From assembly GCA_002269645.1 (NCBI GenBank), contig NIVC01002587.1, positions 1-64,000 on the forward strand: a stretch of 64,000 nucleotides of DNA, given 5' to 3'. The position numbers and the translations under genes were made by a program. Positions 46,086-59,200 of this stretch are shown here, in pieces (the stretch's first letter is position 1; each line of letters begins with the position of its first letter). The notes beneath the pieces were generated by a model, which saw only the letters and a list, made by a program, of their open reading frames with translations, searched no databases and was not told where the DNA came from. The DNA is from Macrostomum lignano. Taxonomy: Eukaryota.

Positions 46086-49000
46086 ACCCAGTTTTGCCGC
46101 CTCTTTATCTCCCCCCTGCTTCCTTTACTTGGCAGAAGTGAATTGCGCCGGCAAGGTTAGACTCAAGTACAATAGTCCCCAGGAGACGTTGCGCTTTGGT
46201 TCTCAGGCCGGTTTAGAATCAAGCATCCGTTTGCAGACGCCGCCTAAAGAAAGTTTCACTACAGAATGGAGGCGAAATAGCAATGGCAGGGGAATGTTAG
46301 GCAGGTCGGGGGGTTTCTGGAGGGAGACAAGTGGCTGGATCAATGCAGAAAAAAATTGAGAGAGAGGTCTCATCCCAACTCAAGACTGTCCCGCAGCGCT
46401 CTCTCTGTGTCCCCAATTCCTCTGTTCTGAACTCCGAAAACCTGGGGCGCGAGGTAAAAGTGCAGCCTGTTTTTTTCCCTTCTATCCCCGCCTCTTCCCT
46501 AGTGCGGACGGGGAGTAGGGCTGGGCTGTTCTATTTTTAGAATCCGGCAGGGTACAGAGGGTCAGGTTTTGCTGAAGTGGACCGGGGCCACCGAGAGACT
46601 ATGACAATGCGGGTGGGGGGGCTATGAGCCCTGAAGCTCAAGAGTTCTGGGCAACGGTAACTGGCAATATTGTTTTCCTAGTCTTCAGTGTTTATCCCGC
46701 ACTAGCTATTTAATAATATACCAGGCCCTGCGTAGTGTGCCAGTTTTAGTTGCAATCTTCTATCCCAACTAAAAATAGGACTTGCCCGACTACCGCGCAA
46801 GTTTAAAAAAAAACTAAAAATGATGAAGAGACCAGAGAGAGAGAGAGAGAGGAAGTCTCATAGAGAAGTGGTCAAGAAGGAGATCCTTGTGCATAAAGTG
46901 GCAACTCAAAAAGGACTGCCTTCAAGAGCCGCCGGACAGCATGGCACGAAGGCAGGAGCGATGAGTTGGGGAGAAGATGGAGATGGAGAGTCAGCTAATT
47001 TGTGCTCGAACAGTCTGCGGCGTCCATCTTCCCCAAGAGGCTGGCGCAGTGCTGGCATGCAGGGGTTTGAGCACGGGAGGGGTAGCAGAAATCAGATTTC
47101 TAAAGCGAGAGGGAACAGGGCCATGCTGGATGGGTAGCGGCGATCTCCGTCCATGCAGTCTTCCAATCCTACTCCAATTTGGGCAAATTTTCTCCATCTC
47201 CCACCGGGACAGAAGCTGCGATGGGATGGGATAATTTCGGCGGAAAAGTTATTGACATAATAATTCCCAAAGGGAATCCCTCAGCTCTCGTATTTGGCTA
47301 CGAGCGGGGAGCAGCTTTACGAGCTGAAGCTGGCGCACTCTGAGCTGGAAATGTCTCCCTAATTTTCTCTCTGGCCCATCAAACCTCACACGGTGTCTGG
47401 GGGCCACTGCTGCGACTCGCAAAGTCATGCTCGAATGGGCTTCTGCAATGCGCAAGCGAGAGAATCAATAAGTCAAATGCTTCTTATCTGCTTCCTACCC
47501 GGGTCTTAGCACAGCTGTCAGAAACAAGCCAGCTTAATCGCAACCATCTTCGCATATCGACTGCTCAGAGCTGGCCGCCAGCTTAACCTATGGCCCGAAT
47601 CGATGCTGATGGGCCTGATGTGTCTGGAGCTGGAGTGAGAGGGAGAGACAGAACTTTGGCACATGAGTCCGGCGCTAATTAATTATGCATCCTACTGGGG
47701 AGTCCTCGGGCCTGCCTTTGCCATCTCCTGTTTCATCGAGCCGAGATGAACGCAATTTTGAAAGCTGAGCTGACTCGAAGCGGCGAACAAGTGCGCGGCC
47801 GAGAGGCTCCCACGGACGTATTAATCTTTGTAATCTCAAGTGCCGCCCATAGCAACTGCTTCGGCAGACTTCAAAGCCCCGAGCAGAATCAAAATTGATA
47901 GCAGATTTTTTTGGCCTCTCCCGCACTAAAGGCTGAAAGGGTTCGCAGTGGAAATTTCCCAGACTTCATTACTGTCCAAACGAATCCGCGGGAGGAGAAG
48001 GAGAGAGATTAGGCAGACAGAAGACGGCCGAGTTAATAAATTTGCCATTGGAATTAAGAGATAATTACTCTCTCGCGCAGACTTATGGGAGAAGCTGGGA
48101 GCGGGGAGAGATGGGGCGGCAAAGGGCGAACCGATGCAGAAGATATTATCGATATTAGTGATTCATCTTTCCCAGGCTAAGGAAGCTGGGCGGTGCAAGC
48201 CGGAAAAAATCGAATATTTTTTGGGGCTGAAAATTTTCGGCTAGTCAGAATAAATTCACTGCAGTCTGTTCCAGTTGAATCTTGAACCAGCTCGCAGACT
48301 TGAGTGAGCCAGCGGGTTCCAACCTGAAGTAAAATATGCGATAGGTAAACGAGTTTGGGATGCGAGAGATGCCGAGTTGGAGGACACGGGGACAAAGAAT
48401 GAGTCGTGGCAACAGAAGATGGCTGCGGGAGCAGGGTTCTCTTCCCCAATGGCTTTTTCCCCTTTACATGTACTTACACCGTTCTCACTCTCTCCCTCGC
48501 TCGCCCAGCCTGCCGAACGCGCTCAGCCCGAGCTGGATGACGACAGACTTACCAGAAAGCGAGTGGGAGAGAATGAGTCCGAGTCAGTATGGTACCCCCC
48601 CCCCCAGGACAGATTGTTCAATGACCAAATGCTGCCTGCTCTCTCCCTCTCTTCCACAATCCCCTTCTTCCCACTCCACTCCTCTCCCGTGCCCGCGCAC
48701 TGCCCGGGTTTTCTGAGATAATTTTAGGCGAGCCTTCATCAGTCCGTCTCGAGAACCGAAAAGAGGGTAGAGGAGGTGGGTTAAGGAGAGCCGCGGAGGT
48801 ACGACTGGTATGAAAGTGATTGGAGGAGTAGCAGAGATGAACGCGCACGGCTTGCGAGGGGCGAGAGTAAGAGCAGATGAGGAACGATGGAAGCTGAGCG
48901 TTCTTCACCCTCTTCCCCCTCATAAAATGCACCGGGGACTCCCCAGGCATTGGGAATCGGGGAGGGGGGAGGCAGCGAATAGAAGGGAGAATTCGTCGAG

Positions 49001-50049
49001 TTCGTCCCAACGCTCCAGTCCTGTCCTTTTCCTTCCCCTGCCAGAGCTGCCAGTTAGAGGTCGAGAGAGGGTGGTCAGAGAGAGAACGGGTGGAAAGAGA
49101 ACTGGGAGGAGAAGGCGAGAGTGAGAGAGAGAGAGAAAGAGTGGAGCAGAACGCCAGTGGTTGAGTAGCTGGTGTGAGCAGAAGGGAGAGCGCCCGGACG
49201 GAAGGGATTGGATGGGGGAGTCAGGCCGACTCTTCCCTTTCGGTACCTGCCTGCCGCGAGCGCTAGAGCGCGGCTTGGGGCGGACTGACGGACCTCCTGC
49301 TGTTAGGGGAGAGGGACTTGGAACAGGATGACCACCCCCTCACAGCAACCCAGAACACCCCCACTGCCGGCTTCATTTCTATTCCTAACCAGGCGCTGGG
49401 AAGGCCAGTTCAACCCACTCACTCAGACGCAGACCGCACGCCACACACACGCGCGCGCGCACAGGACTGCTGCAGCGCGGGACCCAGCCCCAGAAAAGCT
49501 TCCAAAAGCCTCCCTCTCACCCCCTCCCGGTCGCGATTCTTCCTCGCCACTGCAAGTCTGCAATCGGCCGACATCCTAGCCAGCCCTTGCCGAAACGATT
49601 TTAAAGGAGAAAGAAAGCGTGCTAGAGAGAGAACGGATCTGCTGGCCACCGAACCAGCCTGAAGAGCCAGCAATCCAGCCCACAGGGCGGATAGAGGAGC
49701 AGAAGAAGAAAGGCAGACAGACAGCGAAAAATAGAGGCAAGTGAAAAATCTTATACCCAGCGCAGGCCATGGAACGGGTCCAGTGAAAGGAAGGAGGAGT
49801 TCCTGCCCGCTTGCACGGCTGGTGGCGTTCACCGGATCCAACTGATTGGCGGACGCACCAGCGGCCGGATTCGGTCAAAGAAAGCTGCGGAAGTCAGTTT
49901 CCAGTGCCAAGCGGACGCAAGCATCACCAGTTTAGTCCCCGCTGTCCAGCAGGGCTTGCCAAATGGCTCAGCATGGCTAAACACTGCTGACGATACTCGA
50001 ACCTCCCTGCTTCACTCCCCTTTCCCTCCGAGCTTTGTCCTGAGTCGTC

Positions 50050-50200
50050 ATGGACGCCGGATTAGTGCTCAAGCTCGGCCGTATCTTCAAAACTCCGTAC
50101 GGCGGCCACGGAGTCGATTTCATTGATCAGCTCAACTATCAGTTCACTGGCGGCCTCATGATCATGTTCATCGCTGTCATTGGTCTCAGGCAATATGTCG
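50050..50200 (+). CDS. inx: innexin exon 1 (N-terminus and TM1); too short for the ORF track
   Basis: ATG 50050 with in-frame TGA at 50041; DFIDQLNY...GLRQYV; donor GTAGGT at 50201. Confidence 0.92.
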
Positions 50201-53200
50201 GTAGGTTCGCTATGTAGGCTGTTCCATTGTGCTGAGATTCTCATAAAATCATTTAGGTTTTGATGAGATTCTCGTAGAATTGTTCGGTTCGATCTTAAAT
50301 TACCGAAAGGACCGATTTGAATCTGTCAGCTTGTCCCTAGGTTACCGATAGGAATCTGTCAGCATGTAACTAGGTTACCGACAGGAATCTGTCAGCATGT
50401 CCCCAGGTTACCGATAGGAATCTGTCAGCTTGTCCTTAGGTTACCGATAGGAATCTGTCAGCATGTAACTAGGTTACCGACAGGAATCTGTCAGCATGTC
50501 CCTAGGTTACCGATAGGAATCTGTCAGCTTGTCCTTAGGTTACCGATAGGAATCTGTCAGCATGTCCCTAGGTTACCGATAGGAATCTGTCAGCATGTCC
50601 CTAGGTTACCGACAGGAATCTGTCAGCTTGTCCCTAGGCATTGCATCAGATCCTATCGACCAGCTCAATAGTCGAAGCATGACCGGTCGAAAACACCGAT
50701 TACTGCAGTTACCGTGGGCGGGCGGTGACTCACGGCTGCCCCACATACGCCCTCTCCTGGACAGGGACAGAGTGCTATTGAATCGGGATCTCTGTGGTGC
50801 GCGCGTTCTCTTTAGTGAGCTACCTCTCGGGCAAGCGTACAACCCGCCCCCCCCCCTTTATCCCAATATTTTTGCGGCCAAACACAAAAAGCTGGCCAAG
50901 CGAAAATCCGCCACTGCACTCCACACACACACAGCGCTCTGCAAAGGATCGGGCTCAGTTGGGAATTAAGAGGTCGATAAGCTGCATTGACAACCCTCCG
51001 AAGGTAAAACCGCATCCCATTCCGCTGCCACTGGGTGTCACTTGTCTATTTCCTGTCCGTTCTCTCTCTCTCTCTCTCTCTCTCAGCCCTATAGCCATTC
51101 CCGGCTCCCTTGCGTGTGACTAAACCATTATCCTCGAGGGCCTCTGACTGAAATAATAAATTCAAGTCTAATTTTAGTACAGAATCCGGCAGGGTGGACA
51201 AACAAATGCGATGCGCCTTGCGAGCGAGCCTTTTATCTCTAGCATTCGAGTGACTAGCACAGACTGCAGGATTGTAGAGCTCTGGATAGGTCTGCCTCGG
51301 CGCTCCGCATCGAGGGCCGGAGTTGCTCCGATCCTCCCCGCCCCTCATAGCACAGACTGCAGGATTGTAGAGCTCTGGATAGGTCTGCCTCGGCGCTCCG
51401 CATCGAGGGCCGGAGTTGCTCCGATCCTCCCCGCCCCTCATAGCACAGACTGCAGGATTGTAGAGCTCTGGATAGGTCTGCCTCGGCGCTCCGCATCGAG
51501 GGCCGGAGTTGCTCCGATCCTCCCCGCCCCTCATAGCACAGACTGCAGGATTGTAGAGCTCTGGATAGGTCTGCCTCGGCGCTCCGCATCGAGGGCCGGA
51601 GTTGCTCCGATCCTCCCTGCCCCTCATAGCACAGACTGCAGGATTGTAGAGCTCTGGATAGGTCTGCCTCGGCGCTCCGCATCGAGGGCCGGAGTTGCTC
51701 CGATCCTCCCTGCCCCCCTCCTGAGACTCGGCTGGTCCAGCTGGGTTCGAAATCGAAAAAAGGAAATGACGTTTGATTACGCAACACAACACTCTCCCGG
51801 TGCCCAGTTCTGCTTTGACTGGTCTCTACTGGAACACAGCCAGCCCAGGGCTTTAATCAAATTACACGGTCCTCCTTCTCCCTTGGCTGCTTCTCGAGCA
51901 TAAACTAGGAGACGCCAGGGGTCCCCCGCCCGAACTTTCGGCAATCTTCTTCAGCGTGTCGATTTTCGACTCGAATTAAAGCTAACTTTAGCTTTGGCCA
52001 GCTCTGCGAGTCTGTACGCTGGGAGAGGGGAGAGAGTGAGCCTTTCACTCGAGGGTCGGCAAGGAAAAGGGGTGATTGAGGAACTTGGGGCTCAAGGAGA
52101 TTTGAAAAATCCCCCAAATGGGAACGAGCGAAGAATCGAATCAAGGCAGCAGGGCTCGGCCTAGGCTAAAGAGGGAAACGTCAAATGCCTTGATCCCCAT
52201 CAGCGTCTCATCCAGCTCCCTCGGCTCACCCATCATTAAGCACCCCTGTCCCATATAATTTGCTAATCCTAACCCTGGACAGACAGCAATCGTATTTGTA
52301 TTAGAGAGCCCAGATCATGCCATACATAGCAGAATCCGCTGCGGTAACTTAGCCTCCTTATATTCAAGCCACTGCGTGCCCTTTTATTGGCGCAAAGAAG
52401 GCAATCGCGTGCTTCAACGCACTCGGACGCTCGTCCGGACTCGAGGAAATGGAAACAGGAACACAACAAGAAGGAAGAGGAGAAATCAGCAGGGAGAACG
52501 CCGGGGGCTTGGCGGAGAGCCCCGGATGGCATGTCGGCGCCCTCGAGGTTTCTGCAAGGTTGAGGGCAGGAGGGGGGCTACGACCCAGCGCGTGTACGTT
52601 CGAGAGCCTCCATCCTCTGCCTCGGCCCGACCGCCCAACCCTCCAAAGCAGTTCTGGCAGATCCCGCGCCAGGTGAAGGCACAAGAATGGGGGGGGAGGA
52701 GGAAGTTTCTTGCGCGGGATCGCAGGTAGCGCCTGGCCTTTCCTGCTTATCCACCAAGCCGGCAGGCAGGAAAAAAGTTGATGCCCGTCTCTCTCTCTCT
52801 CTCTTTGCAGAAAGAAATGTTACAGGCCCGCTAGAACGGGTGTGGCTCAATCAATTCAAAGCTGCTTCAAGACAGCATCATTGCTGCTGCAGCAGCAGCT
52901 GATCCTGCAGAAGTCCGCCAACCCCCAATCTCTCTCTCCCTCTCTCTTTTGCCTTTGACTCTTATTGCTATCAATTTCCACTCGGGGAGTGAAAGACAGG
53001 AGCAGGAGGCTGGGGCTTCCCTTCCATCCCTCACCGTGCCAGCCATACTTTGAGGAGGAAGTTTTCGCTGCCAGCTGGCTGCGTATCCGGGCGGGGGGGG
53101 GGCTGGACCGGAGGCTGCGGCAGTTGGGCGGGGGGCGAAAGCGACTGTGGCAAGCTGAAGCTGATAGAAGAGATAGAGAAGAGAATTCTCCCTCCCCCTC

Positions 53201-56200
53201 TCTCTCTAGTCTCCTTTTCCTGTGTGCGTCTCTGATTCTGCGGCACGCATTCTGCCCCGCCGTCTCCTTCCCTGCTAGGCTAGCCGTATGTGAAGAAGGG
53301 GGGAATCAAGGAAAATAAGTCCATTAAAGTACAGTCAGTCTAAGATGTGTCTGACCAGAAGAGCGGGTAAGACGGCGGGTTCGGTTGCGCGCAAGAAGAG
53401 GCCCATCCCCGAAAGCTATTCGCAGGACACGCGGCGTATCTGCTATTATGGAAATGCATTTTTCGCGTTTAGCGTTCCTCTTCTTTGGGGACAATTTTCC
53501 GCTTCGTCCCCTTTTTCCTGGCTTCGTTCAGTTCCGTTGGAAATGTCAACCCAGCAGACGTTGCACCTGACAGCGCGCTGCGAACAGAGAGAGAGAGGCC
53601 AGGGGCAGAGGGGCCAGTCGGGGACGCAAAAGTTTAGATTGTAGTATCTGGCATTTATCAGACCTCCCCCCTCTCCTGCTATCGCTACGCTTGGAAAGGG
53701 TACCTGAAATCTTCCGAAAAAAGCCAAGATTAAAAAGCTCTCGAACCCCGAGGGGAGGCTTCAGTGCATTCCTAGCGGTGCCTGCCAGTCTGGCCAGGAG
53801 GAACTGCAGCCAAGCGAATAAAGGATACGGCAGGGGAGCGGGGCGGGATTATAGTTGCTCTAGAATCCCCTGCTTGGCCTCCGTTCGTTGCCTGGAGTTA
53901 TGAGCTCCGACTCCGGCTAGCGACTGTGTTAGACGCCAGCAGATAGAGGCCGAGATTATGGAAGCAGACTCAGGCCCAGACCTCGGCCTCTTCCGCAACC
54001 ACTCTGCCCCTGTCAGTCACTTGGGCCAATTTCAACTTGGCTTGAGGAACGCGAGTGGATGAGGCCAGGCAGGCAGACCCGACAGGGGAAAGGAAGAGAT
54101 CCCATCGCCCACTCTCGAAATGAAGCATGTTGTGCGGCAGTCCGGTGCAGGAGAGCCCCCGGCTTGCTGAGCCAAATCGATGTTGGAATTCGCTCCACTA
54201 ACCGTATTTGCCCCCCCCCTGCGCCTGTGGGCGAGAAAAGTGTTTTTTACTCCCTGCCAGCTTCCCGATTCTCATCTCCTCGGACGCACGGCGGGTGGCT
54301 GGGATGCAAAGCACACTTTCCCCTCCCAACCCTCTACACTTCGTTTTATATTTTCCAATCCTTGTGGTTCCACTTTGCCAGCTCGCTAGTTAGTCCAGCA
54401 CAGGTCTTGCGCAAACACTGCCGATTCAATATTGCCCCCTGAAGCTCGTCCTGTCAGTAATTCTTTTATCGTACTCAGTAGTCTCTATTTTGAATATTAA
54501 ATATGCCCATAACGAAGGTTATTAAAAATGACTAATTAAGGCTGTTGGCTTAGCGCTGGTCTCCGTGATGCATCATTATTATCATAGCTATATTCATAGA
54601 TTCTATTTTTAGCCAACGCCAGCCTGCTGTGTGTGATACAGAAATAGCTAGAATTATAAATCCCTAATTAAACAGGATATACGTGTGATAGTGCTTTTAC
54701 CTATGCTACTCCCTTACCCAGCTCATGCATCACGGATGGCAAAGCTTCAGGACTTGGGATATATGACTTTGCCAACTACTATACTTATCCAATAATCCCC
54801 TCCTCAATGTGCAGCGCTATTGACGCTCTGCTCAATGTGGCCACCCTCGACCTGCAGCCTGGATCAATACTATAGTCTACACTCACGCCAAGCCTCAGCC
54901 TCTCCCCTTCATCCTAGCAGCTCTCTTGTCCGGCGCTTAATATTTCTGGTCTCTGGCCGCCCCCCACTCCCCGACCCCTTCTTTGGATCGACACTTTTCC
55001 GATGCGCAACAGAATTTGCTTTTCAATTATTTACTCAGCTCTTTCTTCTAATATTCGCTCTTTCTCCTTGGGCCTCCTTCATTCTCGCCAAATCGACCGG
55101 TACAGAAACTGGACTGACACAAGACAAGTCTTCTTTTGGCTCTGTCACTCTGCCTTCTGTCTTATTTTGGCTCCGTCACTCCTGCCTTCGGTCTTCTTTT
55201 GGCTCCGTCACTCTGCCTTCTGTCTTATTTTGGCTCCGTCACTCCTGCCTTCGGTCTTCTTTTGGCTCCGTCACTCTGCCTTCGGTCTTCTTTTGGCTCC
55301 GTCACTCTGCCTTCTGTCTTCTTTTGACTCCGTCACTCTGCCTTCGGTCTTCTTTTGACTCCGTCACTCCTGCCTTCTGTCTTCTTTTGACTCCGTCACT
55401 CCTGCCTTCGGTCTTCTTTTGACTCCGTCACTCCTGCCTTCGGTCTTCTTTTGACTCCGTCACTCAGGTCTTCTGTCTTCTTTTGACTCCGTCACTCCTG
55501 CCTTCGGTCTTCTTTTGACTCCGTCACTCTGCCTTCTGTCTTCTTTTGACTCCGTCCCTCTGCCTTCTGTCTTCTTTTGACTCCGTCACTCCTGCCTTCG
55601 GTCTTCTTTTGGCTCCGTCACTCTGCCTTCGGTCTTCTTTTGGCTCCGTCACTCCTGCCTTCGGTCTTCTTTTGACTCCGTCACTCTGCCTTCTGTCTTC
55701 TTTTGACTCCGTCACTCCTGCCTTCGGTCTTCTTTTGACTCCGTCACTCTGCCTTCTGTCTTCTTTTGACTCCGTCACTCCTGCCTTCGGTCTTCTTTTG
55801 GCTCCGTCACTCTGCCTTCGGTCTTCTTTTGGCTCCGTCACTCTGCCTTCTGTCTTCTTTTGACTCCGTCACTCTGCCTTCGGTCTTCTTTTGACTCCGT
55901 CACTCCTGCCTTCTGTCTTCTTTTGACTCCGTCACTCCTGCCTTCGGTCTTCTTTTGACTCCGTCACTCCTGCCTTCTGTCTTCTTTTGACTCCGTCACT
56001 CTGCCTTCTGTCTTCTTTTGACTCCGTCACTCCTGCCTTCGGTCTTCTTTTGACTCCGTCACTCCTGCCTTCGGTCTTCTTTTGACTCCGTCACTCAGGT
56101 CTTCTTTTGACTCCGCCACTCCTGCCTTCGGTCTTCTTTTGGCTCCGTCACTCTGCCTTCGGTCTTCCTTTGACTCCGTCACTCTGCCTTCTGTCTTATT

Positions 56201-59200
56201 TTGGCTCCGTCACTCTGCCTTCGGTCTTCCTTTGACTCCGTCACTCTGCCTTCGGTCTTCCTTTGACTCCGTCACTCAGGTCTTCTTTTGACTCCGTCAC
56301 TCAGGTCTTCTTTTGACTCCGTCACTCCTGCCTTCTGTCTTATTTTGGCTCCGTCACTCTGCCTTCGGTCTTCCTTTGACTCCGTCACTCTGCCTTCTGT
56401 CTTATTTTGGCTCCGTCACTCTGCCTTCGGTCTTCCTTTGACTCCGTCACTCTGCCTTCTGTCTTATTTTGGCTCCGTCACTCTGCCTTCGGTCTTCTTT
56501 TGGCTCTGTCACCCTGCTTTCAGCTCGTAGCGGCGTTTGAAAGCTTAAAAACGATATTTACCTACACCAGAGCAGCGTCTACTGACAGAGTGAAATCGGG
56601 GTCTTTCCACACCTACACTATAAAAACTTCAGTCTAAGTAAACACTTCAAGGGAAAAATGGTTTACTTTAGCAAGCCGTTAGATGCTCTAGATAAAAAAC
56701 TATTCGATGACTGTTCTAGCAGTGAGTGGGTCAGAGGCACCAGTTGAAAAGCTAGCAGATGATAGTCATCTCCCGTACTTGTCCAGTAGCTCGTGAGCCT
56801 CTATTATCCTAACAATACCGTCGCCTAAACAACACTCTGCACTGCAGGCAAGCCCATCCAGTGCTGGGTGCCTCAGGAATTCTCCAAAGCCTGGGAGGAC
56901 TTCGCCGAAAACTACTGCTGGGTGTCCAACACGTACTTTCTGATGCCCGAACAGGACATCCCTGTCAAGACTGAGCAGCTCAAGCAGATGACCTTCATTA
57001 CCTACTACCAGTGGGTGGCCATTGTACTGGCCGGACAAGCAATCATCACCTGGATTCCGCACCTGCTCTGGAGGGTTGGCGCCAGACGCCTACCTGTGCT
57101 TATTAAAAACGCACGCGGCGCGTCCATCCCGGACACGGATCTGCGGCGCAAGGCCGTGCAATGCCTCGTTGCCGCTCTAGAAGAGCAGGCCGAGGCCTCG
57201 CGCCGATACAGTCGCATGAAGAATGTCGTAGAGAAGTTTCTGTGCTGCCTCAGCCCGTCAATGCGGCTGACAATGTTGTTCCTGATCGTTCGGATTCTGT
57301 TCATCGGCAACTCCATCGGTCAGATCTACCTAATGCGCCAATTTCTCGGCACAAACGATACCTTTTTTGGTTACGAAGTGCTCAAAAGTCTCACTCTGGG
57401 CAGAGAGTGGCGCGAGACCGGACATTTTCCTCGGGTCACCTACTGCCACCTGGTGGTGCGCAAGGTTGGCGTCAAGTCGCAGTCGTAAGTTCTCTTTGAG
57501 TAAAAATACTTTGTAGTTGCTTCAGGTTGCTAGTTTCAATTAGTAGTTTTTTTTTAACTCGGTCAGGATTAGGATTAACTGACGATGAACTCGGTGAGGA
57601 GAGAGACTGTGGTGTGTGCTTGGTCAGAGTCTGTCCAGGTTCTTCTCAATCTATTTCTGGCAGCATCAAGCAGACCCGAGAGCTGAGTGGCAGCCACTGA
57701 CCTGAGCTTTAGGCGGCCCGGAATGCGTCCGCGCTCGCCCATGGAAAGTGGGTGGGGGATTTTTATTACCGACTCCCAATTAGTGCATCCATCGTAAAAG
57801 CCTATTTTATGCCCTCGTGAGCGCGCCTTCCCAATCCCCTTTCATTTCGTTGCCCGCCATCCCTTCAACCCGTGGGATTTTTCCCCTTTAGTTTGTCTTA
57901 GCTCCGCCTCTCTAAGTCCCATCTACCCTTGCAGCGTAGTCAGCTAAAACAAAAATAGCTGACGCACCTCCATCTTTTCTCCTTGGGCTCCCCCCCCCCA
58001 GTCTCAGGCCAGGTGAGCCTTCATCCGCTAAAGCAATGCACAGGCAACCGGGAAATTTTCTCCAGCCTCCTTCCCGCCGTAGAATTTTCCTCTTCCCTTC
58101 TCTGAGAATCCCTCATCGCAGGGACGTCACCCCGCAGCAGCCAGTCCGACCTCCTCAGCACCAAGGGGGGCTTCCTGCAGGTGCTTTTATCGCTAAACCG
58201 GCCCAGACAGCTCAAGCGTGCTGGGATTATAGGGACCTCCGCGTAGCCCTCGCTCGCTTCTCTCGAGTCTCCATTTCCAATGTGGAAAACGGATGCAGCG
58301 AACAAAGGCCGTCTCGCCTTCTTGTTTGCTTGCCTGCGCGCAACTTTCAATTCGCTGCTTCTCACAACTATGCACGGCCTGCTCGCAAAATCCTGCCGCC
58401 GTTTCAACTCTCGCTCGCTGCATTTCTCTTCTTCTGCTGGTGCGCTCGCTCGGATTTCTTATCAACCATTGATGCATTGCGTTCGGTCAGCGCTTCATAA
58501 AACCCGCGGTATAGATCATTGAAACCCATGAGTATAGATCATTGAAACCCAAGAGTATAGATCATTGAAACCCAGGAGTATAGATCATTGAAACCCAGGA
58601 GTATAGATCATTGAAACCCAGGAGTATAGATCATTGAAACCTACGAGTATAGATCATTGAAACCCAGGAGTATAGATCATTGAAACCCAAGAGTATAGAT
58701 CATTGAAACCTACGAGTATAGATCATTGAAACCTACGAGTATAGATCATTGAAACCCAGGAGTATAGATCATTGAAACCTACGAGTATAGATCATTGAAA
58801 CCTACGAGTATAGATCATTGAAACCTACGAGTATAGATCATTGAAACCCAAGAGTATAGATCATTGAAACCTACGAGTATAGATCATTGAAACCTACGAG
58901 TATAGATCATTGAAACCTACGAGTATAGATCATTGAAACCCACGAGTATAGATCATTGAAACCTACGAGTATAGATCATTGAAACCTACGAGTATAGATC
59001 ATTGAAACCTACGAGTATAGATCATTGAAACCCACGAGTATAGATCATTGAAACCTACGAGTATAGATCATTGAAACCTACGAGTATAGATCATTGAAAC
59101 CTACGAGTATAGATCATTGAAACCCAGGAGTATAGATCATCGTTGGGTATAAAATCTAGTTCTCATCTCAACAAGCGGACCGAACGGACGAGTAACAGCA

